Part shown: positions 14,116 to 26,980 of the stretch, piece by piece | How the letters are laid out: each line of letters starts with the position of its first letter | Position numbering within the stretch: position 1 is the first letter of the stretch | Source of the DNA: Pecten maximus | Taxonomy: Eukaryota | Direction of reading: 5' to 3' | Length of the DNA stretch: 64,000 bases | NCBI RefSeq assembly: GCF_902652985.1 | Contig: NC_047027.1 | Span: forward strand, 37,696,001 to 37,760,000 | Translations under genes and position numbers: made by a program | The notes under the pieces: model-generated | Databases searched by the model: none | What the model was told of the DNA's origin: nothing | The model's input: only the letters and a program-made list of their open reading frames with translations

Positions 14116-15077
14116 TTTTTTTTTTTTTTTAACAAATTTTTTATTCAATTTTAATTTTATCAACATCACATTACAAATACAATACATGTCCATTCAAACT
14201 TACAAGCATACATCATATTCATTTAGATATAATGTTATATATATTCATACATGTAGCTATTCTATATGTCTTTACTCAGTCACTCACACACATAAAGACA
14301 CCAAATCAAACTTACACATTACAAACATACTGGGGGGGGGGGGATTTTCTTTTGCAGCCTCAGACTAATTGTTTGATTACACAGATGGTAAATAGTGTAT
14401 ACAATGTACACGTAAGTATATATCTAAACTTTAAATTGTCAGCACAAAACTGTTACATTAAATAAAACCACATCATAGATATATTAAAATCATTAAAATC
14501 ATATGTTAAGCCAGTTTTCAAGATTATTTTGTAACTCAACGTTGTTTCGGTATGCCTTATGCTTAACTATCATCAGCTTATGAGCTTTCAGTTCAAACAG
14601 TATATGGTTCTTTAAACTTATTAAATTGATATCTTTTTCTAAACATTTCATTTTAAACAAATATTGTTTAATCAATAGTAAAATAAGGTTATCTAATACC
14701 AAATCTGCATCACTGAAACTAAATTTTCCAAGTATAAATTCCTGTTTAATAAAATCGACAAAAATGTTGTTAGCAGCAAGTAATTGTTTAAATTCACGTA
14801 AAAGAACACTAACCTTATCACAATCCCAAAAAAAGTGTTCAATGGTTTCTGGAAAATTTCTACAGAATGTACATAAATTATCTTGTTTTATACCCATTTT
14901 ATGTAGAATTGTATTTGTAGTTAAAATTCTATGATTGATTCTGTATTGAAGCCATCTTAGTTTTGTACTATTAGTGGTTTTAAAAACATTTGTATAAACT
15001 TCTTTCCATTGGTTTTCCTGGATATTAAAAATTAAGCTCCATTTTCTTTGTGATGTAGGCTTTGTGTGATTATGGCA
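14116..15077 (-). mobile_element. 5'-truncated non-LTR retrotransposon (L1/Tx1-like) with 3' UTR, AATAAA and poly(A)
   Basis: Poly(T) on + at 14115-14130; TTTATT (AATAAA on -) at 14140-14145; ORF2 C-terminus on -; flanked by identical direct repeats 14014-14115 and 15078-15179. Confidence 0.92.
14499..15077 (-). pseudogene. LINE ORF2 C-terminal fragment (zf-RVT / CCHC zinc knuckle)
   Basis: KLRWLQYRINHRILTTNTILHKMGI…LCTFC…ETIEHFFWDC matches the CxxC…H…C motif of L1/Tx1-clade ORF2. The first ~17 aa of the track ORF (MQGDGGGG…) come from the flanking duplication, not from the element. Confidence 0.9.
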
Positions 15078-15597
15078 CCCACCCCCATCTAACCACCCCA
15101 CCCTACCCCCACCCCCATCCCCCTGCACTTACAAATAATTATAAACCCCTTGTAGCCTATCAGAAAGACACACCAATATAGGACTGTACATAAAAACCAA
15201 AATTGCCATGTGAAAAGCTTGACTTCTGAAAATAAGCCCTGCAGACCGATAAAAAACACTTCTCGCACCCTTGTCCATCTTAGGTAGCAGGTCCGAATGC
15301 CTATCTGTTTAAGTGTAAGAAGTAACTGGCCCCTACGCGTTTTTATGTTTATGTCATAAATATCGTATAACATGCCGTAACAATACTATATTGGTATCAT
15401 CAATATATACTACAGACACTTGTCTCAAGAATAAAAAACGTGCTGTCTGAGACAAAAATTCACAGAGATATATAGATTTAACGTTTATTTTGACATGAAT
15501 AAAGTTATGTGATAAATAGAATCTAACATTCCTGTCAATATTGAGTTATTTATTATGTCCTTTGATTTGATTAGTACTTTCGCAAAATCTTGTATAG

Positions 15598-16018
15598 TAC
15601 ATATTTATTACATTTTTACCAGTGAAATATCAAAAATTATTCATTCTATAAAAGTGATATTTTTCACTTTTGCTGATTTGACCAATCAAATTAATGATTA
15701 GAAAATACCAAAATAATTGACCAATCAGAAAGCCCGACATATATGTCAGCACCTGGACAGGGGAAACTACTTTTTTTGTTTACAAATTATCGCTGTAGTT
15801 CTAGTTAGCATACGGGGTAGGGTTTTCGTTGATAAAAAATGTAATAAACAGAATATCTAACAGTGTCTTCAGTAAAACCAAATATATTTCACTCGTGTGG
15901 CTAATATTTTGATATTTTTCACTCGTGCTGCGCACTCGTGAAAAATATCAAAATATTAGCCCCACTCGTGAAATATATTTGGTATTACTGAAGACACTGT
16001 TAGATATCCTCTATATAT
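15598..16018. mobile_element. Non-autonomous element with a long subterminal palindrome (Crypton-like, inferred)
   Basis: 155-bp palindrome at 15853-16007, terminus …ATCCTCTATATAT, TA-rich flanks and no TIRs; a homologous inverted copy lies at 35558-36012. Confidence 0.7.
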
Positions 16019-19000
16019 TCAGTAAGAAAAATCCCCCTGTTGAGTTTTTTTTTGGTGGTGTAATTTTATAATAATTCTGACACTGGTATTATTAATTACT
16101 GCAAAATTTGTTCCTGTTGAATTAAAAATGGTTGCCTGCCCCCACCCCCAAACCCCCCCCCCCCCCCCCCAAACTCCCAAACCTAGAATAGTTCTAAATA
16201 TCAGCACATCTTGGAGCCCATTTCTCTTTTCACTATTTATAATAAATACGTCAGTAGCGAAACAAATTTATTCTCGCGATTGCGTAGACATCTTCCCCAT
16301 GATAAATGGTTGCGTAACCGTGTGAATTCTTTTTTCCGACGTCTGTTCATTATTTTACGCTATCATAATCCAGATTAGTAAAAGACTTAACAGCCAGATT
16401 ATAGCCCGAGTGAGCTGTGCTACGGAAGCTCTAAACTCTGTAGCAGGACCAGTTTAAATTTCCACAATTCTCTCGGGACTATTTAAAAGTCACCAACCTC
16501 ATCAGCTACAGAATGAGAATTCAAATCAGACTTCAAAATTTCTTAAAATGCTGACATCGTCGAATATGGACTGATTTTAAAGAATTTAGTCATGTTTAAA
16601 GAGTTTTTTTCCTTTTTTCTCATAAATAGAAACAGAATTTAGATGGTAATTCTCTACTCAAGTGCCACAAACATCAAGACATTAACATAGAAGATTTGAA
16701 ATGAAACTCAGAAAGATTCATTTAAAAAATTGCATTTGAATTATTGATTTATTTAGAGCCTGCATATACCTTTTTAACAAGATTTTGTTATATCTATTTT
16801 GCAAGTATAGAAAGCTAGAATTTGTATCGTTACTGCAAATTTACAAAATGTTTATACATGTATATCAATTTCATTGCCAATAGTTTTGGTAACTTGACAT
16901 AAATTTGGTGAAAATTATTAAGTGTTAGCTATTACTGAGAATTTTGATGTTTAACGGGTTAGAAATGAAGAATTTTTTCCTTTTTAAGTTAATTTTTGTT
17001 AAGAACATATATATGTAGATATTATTTATAATTTCCGATCATGTCCATTAATTTATATCTTATATAATTTTCTTAAATTCTCCATGAAAAATCAAATCAC
17101 TTTGACCATCAAATAACGGTGCTAATGAAATTGCTGGAGTATATAAAATGCAATATTATATCGTTTTTTCTTCATTTTGATTTTCCTCTGGCGAAGAGTC
17201 GAACCTTTAAATGTTGTTACTTAGTGGGATTCCTGGATGTTCTCGTATATTGCAATATATCCACAGGTTCCAGTCGGAATTTCTTCATTACTTCAAAATT
17301 TATTCCACTCCTGACTAGATAGCTACATGTTAGCATAATGGACTGGCATGGCGATAGTCTGATGACAAAATTAATTACAATTTCTTATTAGTGCGATAAT
17401 CAAATAATCAGAAGGAAGCTAGTACAAGACCATTTTCATTGGTTGATGTTCGGGACCCAGACAGTTTTCATGTGACCAGTTGACGGCATTTAATAGCGAC
17501 CTTATTTACTCACCTCTCCCAGAAGAGGCGAACAATTATGCTTCGCTCCATGTCCCTTAACGATACTGGTAGGTGGGGCTAATAAACCCTACGTTACCAG
17601 ACAAATTTTATGGAAAAAAACGTACAGGATGTATTGGCGCATGTCTCTATCACATACTGGTAAGAAACAATTACTAAAGGTCTCATCAGAGTCATGGAGA
17701 AGCTTGTAACCAATGCTCTTTCTGTGTAGGACATTTCCCGGTTACTGGATACCAGGTGAATTAAGGAAGAGCCATCAAATCTTACACAGCGGTGTATCTG
17801 TACTGTGACAGGGACATTTGTCAAAATTGGTTTTACAAGAAAACTTCAAGAAAAAATTACCAGTGCTCTTAGCAGTTAAAAATTTTGGAAGTTATAAATT
17901 TCATTTTTGTGAAAAAAAATAAATAATAAGAAAATTGTAGCATAAGAATTTTTACTGAGACGGTGTACATGTCATTAATCATGATGGCAGACGGCCTATA
18001 TAGCTAGATATTCATATATACTTGTGTACGATGTTTGTGTGTAGATATATATTTCTATATATACCGCCAAATATTTTGGAAAATTGATACAGATTTTGTA
18101 TGCTGTAGGAAACTGTTGACTATAACTTTGATATTCATCTTGTAGTAAAAGGAAATTAACAACTCAAAGTACATGATTATAATTGGAATTTAAAATATTT
18201 GTCAATGTAAAATGTACATTTAAATGGCTTGGACATTGATACACATTCTTGGCTTGTTGAGGATATCTTTCATATGCAATATATATTTGTAGTGTGTTGG
18301 AGCAAGACAGACAGTTTGATGTGTTTTTCCGAGAGTATTTTCTCTATGGGGAGCAATCATGCTGTCTTGGATCGGGACAGTGGTTTTGCATAACACCCTG
18401 CAGACTGGCAGACCATGTCTGGATAGATCTCAGGGAAGGAACTGAAGTTTATAAACCTCTCTCTTGACAGACGCAAATGCATGTTACATGTTGTTTTACG
18501 GAAAAAAAAAAGAAAAAAAAATGTTTTCACAGATATATATCACTGATTTTACACTACAAGATATTCCTGCAATGCATCCTGGGATACATTCAAACAACAC
18601 ATAAATTCACACAACTTGAAGGTTATCAACTCCGATTGTGACAATACGAAAAAAAAACTGTGAGTAGATGTATTGGAAGTTCTAAGAAAGCTGCAAATTT
18701 ATCTTCGTATACAGGGATGGCCTCGGCAAACACCACAAGCGAGGGAATTTGTAGAGCAGAGAAACATTTATAAAAGCTTGGAAATAGGTTTGCAAACCCT
18801 TTATAGCTATATAGTTGAATATATTCCGGTATTATATAATGGCTATTTTGATTTGTTTTTGAATAAAACTTTTGAAGTTAAGAAAAACATCACAGTAACT
18901 ATGGGTACTTGGGGTATTATGGGATGCATACAACCAGACCATCACTTGTAAGATAGAGATGTATTATATGAACCTCGATGAAACTCAGATCCACAATGGC

Positions 19001-20124
19001 CTCCATGTCATGCTGCAGTGATGACAATCAAAAAAGTGCAATGGATATATATTTCTGCGATTTTATTATAACTTTTTGTCTGAAAATGTCTTTAAAGAGA
19101 AAAGAATCTCAACTATGTTGGAAAATGCGAACGTTGAACCCTATTCCATGGATGAGATTTTTTCCCCAGCCTTGCCTGAAAGCCTCATTCTGGATAAAAA
19201 TGTTCCTGCTAACCTTTTGGTTGCGATGTTTATTGTGTCTCTGTTTAAACGTCACCGTTATTATCAGTTGGTATTGATTAATACAACAGTGTTGGTTCTA
19301 GATTCTGATCTTGCACACATAAGTGTAAACAGATATTTTTTTATCGTTCATATACATTACATCAATGGAGTGTTGCAGACATTATCTGGGGAATGAAACT
19401 TGAAAGGAATTTGTATGTGTAGACTACCCATTGGTACATTACAATGGTATCCATCTTGTATCAAACCATTTCCATGGTTACCAGGAAGTATCGAGGGAAA
19501 CATTTGAAAAATCAACTTAAAGAAATTGAAAATTGAATAACACTAGTGTATATTATGGACATAGAAATCAAGGATTGACAATATGGCGGTATACATTTAG
19601 AGATCTGTTTAAATGTACAGAACTACGCGTGATTGTATCACGAAAAGGCTGTAACTTCGGATGGTGATAGGTGTCGTGGGATACATTCAAATAAGGTTTC
19701 GACATGTCTGTTCGTGGTTCATTTTCAACGCAATCAAAGTGAGAGAGAGGCTTGTATGTGAGCACTCGCACTACCGTACCGGCTTGAGAATAAAAAATGC
19801 TCCCACATATAATATTAGCTTTATAATAAAGGTCTCCGGAGACTTCAGTTGAACATTCATTGATGAAACATTGGCACGCTGTGTTAATAAACATACAAAG
19901 ATATGAACTGTTGTTATAACAGACAAGATATGATTAGAATGACACGGCCTTCTAAAATTTCTCGTCTTGTCGTCGGACATATTGTGATGGACGTATACTG
20001 ATAGTAACTAGTCATCCAAACCACGATAACAGGAACTGTCATTGAACACTGCAGTGTCTCACTTAGTCAGCTTGGTATTTATAATAGTTCTTCCTGTAAT
20101 GTCGCTCTAAAGATAGTTATACAT

Positions 20125-20595
20125 AAAATATTAGACTTGATGTGTCACATCGGAAAGAGTTGCTCTTTTCTCTGCTTCAATGCAGACGACTCGTACTGAA
20201 AGAATTAGACTTTATATGATGGAGAAAGTTGTTGTCTGCTTCAATGGAGAGGGTCTGTACTGAAAAATAGACTTGACATGCCTGAATATAATGGAGAAAG
20301 TTGTTGTCTGCTTCAATGGAGAGGGTCTGTACTGAAAAATAGACTTGACATGTCTGAATATGCTGGAGAGAGTTGCTCTCTGCTTCAATGCAGAGGGTCT
20401 GTACTGAAAATTATACTTGACATGCCTGAATATAATGGAAAGATGGAGGTCTGTCTAAAAAATTAGGCTTGTCTGAGTATACATGTTAATGGAGAGAGTC
20501 CTCTGCCTCAATGGAGACGTGCGCTCTGTACTGAAAAATAGACTTGAAATGTCTGAATATGATGGAGAAAGGTGTTCTCTGCTTCAATGGAGCAG
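20125..20595. repeat. Minisatellite, 72-bp unit, ~6 degenerate copies
   Basis: GTACTGAAAAATAGACTTGACATG…CTGCTTCAATGGAGAGGGTCT recurring at 20257, 20329 and 20401. Confidence 0.9.
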
Positions 20596-20724
20596 ATTTT
20601 ACCGGAAGAATTAAAAAATTGATGTGTGCCTGTTGATAGAGTTCTGCTTATTGAAGAGTTCCGCCTCTCTACTTTCTATGCCCATTAGCAATGGTAAGGT
20701 TGATGTTCCATCAGAAGAGTTTGA

Positions 20725-21310
20725 TGTAACAAGAGAGGGAAAATGTTACGACCAGATCAGGACTAAAAAAAAATGTAAACTTTATTTATTTTACAACAAT
20801 TGTGAAACAAGTGATATCAACTTATATAACTCACACTTGTTGGCCCGGATGGAAGCGCAAGAGCTAGAGGTCTTACTGTGGGAGGAAACCAGAGTACCTG
20901 GGAAAACCCCATGTGGTCGGGCAGGTGACACCATACCTTTTCACGTCCGATTGGGGAACCAAACCCCGGCCACCTAGGTGAAAGGCAAGTGTGTTACCAC
21001 TGTGCCACCCGACCACCCAGATTATGACTCAAATTTGGTACTTCCGAATTCTACACTGACGCTCTAACCATTTCAGCTACCTGGCACCCAGCATTCAGCC
21101 CAGTATATTTTAGCTACATTCCTTGCTCCTTTTGACCGCAAAGACACACACAAGACCCTATACAACCCTTGTGGGTATTTAAGTTAGGTGCCAAATGTAA
21201 CAAGAGAGGAAAAATGAAAGGACCAGAATGGCACTCGAACCCAGGACCTTCTTGCTCTAGATGGACGCTCTAACAATTTCAGCTGTCTGGCCACCGGTGT
21301 TCGGACAAGT
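20725..21310 (-). mobile_element. Degenerate tRNA-related repeat, two units; the first is interrupted by a SINE
   Basis: TGTAACAAGAGAGG(G)AAAATG…GACCAGA at 20725 and 21195; A-box-like GACGCTCTAAC(C/A)ATTTCAGCT at ~21058 and ~21263; B-box-like CTCGAACCC at ~21234. Confidence 0.6.
20765..21016 (-). mobile_element. tRNA-derived V-domain SINE (family B)
   Basis: Minus strand has an A-box GGTGGCACAGTGG, a V-domain-like GGGGTTTTCCCAGGTACTCTGGTTTCCTCCCACAG and an A-rich tail; degenerate 13-bp TSD CCAGAT(C/T)A(G/T)GACT at 20752 and 21017. Confidence 0.8.
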
Positions 21311-22539
21311 CTAGTTCCTCCATGTATACACAGTGTATTGGAATGACAAGGTTTACTGTGTCCCATTGGAAAAAAAGTTGACTTTTCTAAAGATAAGCTT
21401 GCAGTGTTCAACAACATTGACGCTTGCTTTGGTTAAGATGGGGTGGCGTATTGCTGTGTTTGACTGAAAGAAATCACAAGGTTTGTCTAGAGAGATGTTG
21501 AAAAAAAGCAACTAGACTTCATGTTTCCCCTTGGCAATAGCTGTTGTTCAGTAACATTTTAGCAGTTTTGTAAGGAAGAGTCTTACCAAAATACATTGGA
21601 AATATGGAGTCGGTAATCAGATATCGCGTTCATAGTGTCATCATGATGTTGGAAAATTAGAAGGAAGAATATCGAAAACCAACAAAATAATATTTTCAAA
21701 AATATGTGACATGATACCTTTTGTGTCTAAACAATATGCAGGGTTTGAAACAAAGGGAAATGAATATAAAATATCGGAAAAAACACAACCTTTTAAAATA
21801 CTTTCATGATTGTGAAAAGATTACAGCTGAAAAGTCTATTTACGATTTCGGCGTGATTACTTTCAGCCATATAATAATTTGGTAACAGTACAAAAATTTT
21901 ATAATTTGTCTTGGGTTCGACATTTAGGTATATTCAATTATCATATTTCAGTTGTACTTCTATTGTCTAGCAGTTCTATATATAGATCTTACCAAACATT
22001 CTTTTGTTGTATTTTACATGAATCGGACCAAGCTGATGGTGTAATTAAGGAACTTTTACATAATAAGATTACACAATGAAATTTTATAATTGATAAAAGC
22101 ATTGTTAGTTTGAATGATTATATACAAGTGAAAATTTATCATAATATCTCAGAATAATTCAATGCCTTTTATAAGTATCCCATATTTTCATTCCTTTGGT
22201 ATATATAAAGCTATAATATATAAATCTTGACATCATGGCAACGGAAAAATCCCTTCATGAATTTCTACTTATTGTATCGCAAGCTGACTAAACTTTAAAC
22301 AATTATGTCACATTTGATGTTGACATGTACACTATTGATGTGTAATTTAAAAAAAATATCCACATCAACGTTTTTCACGTAAACGGTTTTTAAACTGATT
22401 TTAAAATCATAAAAAGTCATGTCCCTAGTGCGTTTTGATTGGTACTGATTATAGAGAGATCAAACATGTTATGCATGATCATGAGGAAGCAGCAGAGCTT
22501 TTTGAGAAACAATATGCTTTAAATACTGTATTAAATTTT

Positions 22540-22720
22540 GTGATCTGTATCTCATAAACTCTTTATTTGTTATCCAAATCTCCTGAAATCTTTATTTGTC
22601 ATCTGTATCTCCTAAACCCTATTTTTGTCATCTATATCTTTGAAATCTTTAGTTGTCATCTGTATCTCCTGAACTCTTTATTTGACATCTATATCTCCAG
22701 AACTCTTAAATTTATCATCT
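22540..22720. repeat. Degenerate ~29-30-bp tandem repeat, ~6 copies
   Basis: Recurring TCATCT(G/A)TATCTCCTGAA(A)CTCTTTATTTG. Confidence 0.75.
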
Positions 22721-23000
22721 TAAATCCTTAGCTTAATTTCAACATGGAAAAAATTGAAATAGACAAATGGAAAAATTAAAATAGACATGGTTTCTGATCT
22801 GTACGATCATAACTAACGATTATTATTTAATAGGATTTTTCCCTAAAAACATTTCTTTTCTAGAATTTTATTTCCCATGTAAATTTATTTTACCAAATAT
22901 TAAAATTTCTAACGGCAATTAATTCTAAATGATAGAAAACCTGTAATGCCTATATATCCGGACATTGCGAGCATAAACCATATATACCATTGCCATCACT

Positions 23001-23198
23001 GGAGCCGCGGTGGCCAATCCGAGTAGTTAAGGTGTCACAACACTTTATCACTGGCTTTCCACCTCTGGGTTGCAAATTCAAAACCTACGTGGGGTAGTTG
23101 CCTGGTTAACTGTCCATAGGCCAGGGGTTTTTCTCTGGGTGACTCCGGCTTTCATTCACACCTCCAAAACCTGGCATGACCTCAAATGACCCTGACTA
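23001..23198 (+). mobile_element. tRNA-derived V-domain SINE (family A), diverged copy
   Basis: Aligns by eye with 32808-33027 (GCCGCGGTGGCC…CCACCTCTGGGTTGC…CCTCCAAAACCTGGCA…AAATGACCCTG). Confidence 0.85.
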
Positions 23199-24647
23199 CT
23201 GTCATCAGTATTCTGAGTAGTAATTCAATAACTAGTGTCCAATCCCTTTGTTTGAAGACAATAAAATATTTATGGGATTAAAATAAATGTACCACTTTAA
23301 ACTTGCCTTAAACCATATGGAAACTGTGAATCCCCTTATTTGGTTCACCTTTTCAATATTGAACATCTAATTACTAATTAAGAAAGCATTTTATATATTA
23401 CTAGAATATTGTTATAATTGTTTTAGATTTATTTTTCTTCAATCTAATGAAAATGCCAACATACTCTCCAAATCAAATTTTTTGAGGTATTCCGCTTTTA
23501 AAAAAATTAGAGTTTGAAAATCACTGAGGTGAAAGTCCTGTAGGGTGTTTTTCGGAGCAGCAACTGTTTGTGGTCATACTTCGATCTGTCACATTGTTTT
23601 ATGCGGTTCAATAATCCATTTCACAACCCGTCAAACGATGATAAAATGAGAGATAGCTAGCACATGGGTTATGTCAAAGGATCAAGACCTCCAGTAGCTT
23701 TTTCTTGTATTTTATCTAAATGGAAGGTTATCAGATTCAAGAGAAACACCAAAATTGAATTGAGTCAGAAATTTGAATATCGCAAAATTGTAAGGTGATG
23801 TTTTACTCGCATTTATGCCCATTTAGCAAATATCATGAAGTTTATAAACGCTGGATCAGCCTCTTCAACAGAGCAACGAGACAGCTGATTTAAATATTGT
23901 CGTATTTCAGTAAATGACAGGCCTCAAAATACAATTTACATTATGTCTTTAATGCATCATATTGCTTCAAAACAATCGAAACCTCAATGTTAGCAAAAAC
24001 TTTCAAATTTCTAGAATTATATAGAAATTGTACAATACCCATTTTGAATTTATAATGCGCTATTTTCAGTATCATTTTCTTCTATTGAATTTTGAAGAGT
24101 GCATTTTCGTAGAAGGTGTACATTTTTTACCGTATTGAATTTCCAATGTTGGATACAAGTATCGGAATGATGTGTGCAACAACCTTAAAGATACGTTTCA
24201 AATATATATCAGTTTTCAGTTGATTTTGAATAATTTTGATGAATTTATATTTTCAAAAAAATCATGCTATACATTTAAATAAAAGATAAAGCGTAGTTGT
24301 TGATTTGATGGATTATACATCAACGCATCAAGCGATGACCTTCAACTGGTTATTGTTGAAGGTTACTAATAACAGGGTCAGTTATAGAAGTCTTTGATAA
24401 AATTGTGGACACAGATGAAAAATAGTACATGCTTCCATGCTATGCTTCATGTCTAACTACTTAAGTGTGATTACTTGCTAAAGGACGCCCCCACCACCCC
24501 CACCACCCGCACCCCCACCTCCACCTCCACTTCCATTGATAATTTTTTTTTTTCCAAAGCTCATATTGTAATTCTCCCCAGCAAAGATTAACAGGCTGTC
24601 AGGGTTTGGGCCCCTATACAATAGGTATTAATTGAAATTAAAAAAGG

Positions 24648-24847
24648 TTTCACCAACGTCTTATTAACAGCCAGGGTCATTTAAGGACGTGCCAGGTTTG
24701 GAGGTGGAGGAAAGCTGGAGTACCCGGAGAAAAACCACCGGCCTACAGTCAGTACCTGCCCCGAGTGGGTTTCGAACTTGCAACCCAGAGGTGGAGGGCT
24801 AGTGATAAAATGTCGGGACACCTTAACCACTCGGCCACCACGGCCTC
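24648..24847 (-). mobile_element. tRNA-derived V-domain SINE (family A)
   Basis: Reverse complement of the 32808 element with a short internal deletion. Confidence 0.9.
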
Positions 24848-24956
24848 TTGACCATGGACTGCACATTGTCCCAAGTTGAAATATATTATATTTGTAAGGC
24901 CACAGCCATCATGCAAGAATTATTAATTGTTACGGTAGGAAAAATGACAAATTTTA

Positions 24957-25137
24957 CAAGACTTTTTCGGGGCCGCTAATTGATCCCATATTCCTTACTG
25001 TAGCTATTTCATATTTAAGTCAAATTCCCCAAATCTGCAGTATAGTCATGAAAATTTCCTTCTCAATTTTCCAATTTTTTCCCCAAATTAAGGTTAAAAA
25101 GGCATTGTTGTATCACCAAACCAGTGAAAAGGCTCTG
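24957..25137 (-). mobile_element. hAT-like MITE (~180 bp)
   Basis: Imperfect TIRs CAAGACTTTTTC…GAAAAGGCTCTG; the reverse complement aligns along its length with 40776-40959. Confidence 0.65.
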
Positions 25138-26249
25138 TATGAAATAGATGTTATGATAACTCATTTACTTTAATCTAAACAAAATCACTTTAAAAAGAAG
25201 GGGATCCTCCGGAAGGGGGAATCATTTTCCCGACTTTGAGTTGGAAATGTTAACTGCTCTGATTATCAACTTCTGTCAAATTTGTTATTTTTTCTAGAAT
25301 TATTTTTTCCCTAGGATAAAATAAATCTCAAAATGTTGAAACTTAAGCTAATTAAGAGAAAACTTTTTTCATGATTTTCACACACTGTGTTGCTTTAAAC
25401 TTAAAGCATCGATAAAAACAAGCTTATAGATTTTTTGGTTTGTGGTTTAACCTGTTGTTGATAGTTTGATTCCACTCAATAATTTATTATCGTACATTAA
25501 TTTAAAGTGGTCCATCTGTAGCCATTGTTAAAACAGTCACTTATTCTATGTAAGTACGATAATTACCGCATCCGTTGATAAGTAGATCCGATCTAGCTAC
25601 CAAACTCTCCGCACCAATATTTTACACCAAGGGTGAAAAAACCACTGTCCTCGATAATTTAAACGACACCTTGCAGACATCACCTGAGCGTTTGAATTAG
25701 ATACATGTGTTCTTAATCTGCATACAGACACTGATTAAGAGGGGAGCGTTAATTATTTCCTAGACTTTCTTTTCCGCTTCACACTGGATAATTAAATAAC
25801 TAAAGCTATTTTCAGTGCACCCTGTGGTTCCATGAAGTGTAAATTATTTAAACAGACTTTCAGAAATTACAGTGTGTGACAGAAAACCGGGTATTAGATG
25901 AATTTAATAGTGAAGAGTATGTCATTTTTGTTCAGGGATGGAGGCATCATGTATTCCATGCGACTAATGTTCAATTTTGTGTCGTCGATTTGAGCAAGCG
26001 CTAAAAGTTGCTACATTATATGACCACGGAAACCTGTTTTTATTGTGTCTGACATAGTTTCAGGATTCAAGTCGTCCGTCACCATCGCCACGCCAGTAAA
26101 GATATTTGACGATTCTTAAATTGCAATGGTGAAGTGAAAATGGAAAAATGTTCTTGATCTGGCACACTGAGGTTTACAGTGCATAGTTAAATGGCCATAT
26201 TCTTCTAGCACAGGGATTTGTTTTATTTCATAATTGTTGGAACTTAGAT

Positions 26250-26592
26250 ACACTACAAACCCCTGTGTTTACAGAACAAAAAACACAAACCCCTGTGTTT
26301 ACAGAACAAAAAACACCAACCCCCGTGTTTACAGAACAAAAATACACCCCTGTGTTTACACAAACAAAAACACAAACCCCTGTGTTTACACAAACAAAAA
26401 CACAAACCCCTGTGTTTACACAAACAAAAACACAAACCCCTGTGTTTACACAAACAAAAACACAAACCCCTGTGTTTACACAAACAAAAACACAAACCCC
26501 TGTGTTCACACAACAAATAACACAAACCCCCGTGTTTACACAACAAATAACACAAACCCCTGTGTTTACACAAACAAACACAAACCCCTGTG
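26250..26592. repeat. Minisatellite, 30-bp unit, ~11 copies
   Basis: CACAAACCCCTGTGTTTACACAAACAAAAA. Confidence 0.97.
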
Positions 26593-26980
26593 TGATTAAA
26601 ACATAAGATACAGAATTGATGCACCTCTCCTGAGAACATTTCGCCATTGTGTGAGGAATGTGGTTTCTCCCTTCATTGGACCATACTTGGTTTATGGTGG
26701 CGCATTCCTGTCGATCATGACAGCCAATTGTTATTCACAGCGTGATCGAGCCCTGTAACATTATCCTCAAACTTATAGACAATTTATATTGGTCATGCCT
26801 GAAATCAAAACATGGCAGTTATCATTAACCCACGGTCATAAATAAGCCAGCTAGCAGTTGGATACAGGCCCCGAAGGCCTTTTTGATTACCCCTGTATTT
26901 GTGTGAATGGTTAATCAATTTCCCTAGTGTCGAGTTAAAGCATGTTTTATTGTCTTACTGTTGTGTAGACATATAATGAC

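Noticed and set aside
15078-15128. Gly-rich N-terminus of the 209-aa ORF as a real protein start
   Set aside because: It is translated from the duplicated target sequence; the element is 5'-truncated at ~15077
17730-17760. Possible micro-exon between TGTGTAG and CAG|GTGAAT
   Set aside because: Joined to the phase-1 exon it would create an immediate TGA stop
18673-19980. Cluster of 60-108-aa ORFs
   Set aside because: No recognisable domains, several overlap on opposite strands or frames, and there is no splice-site support
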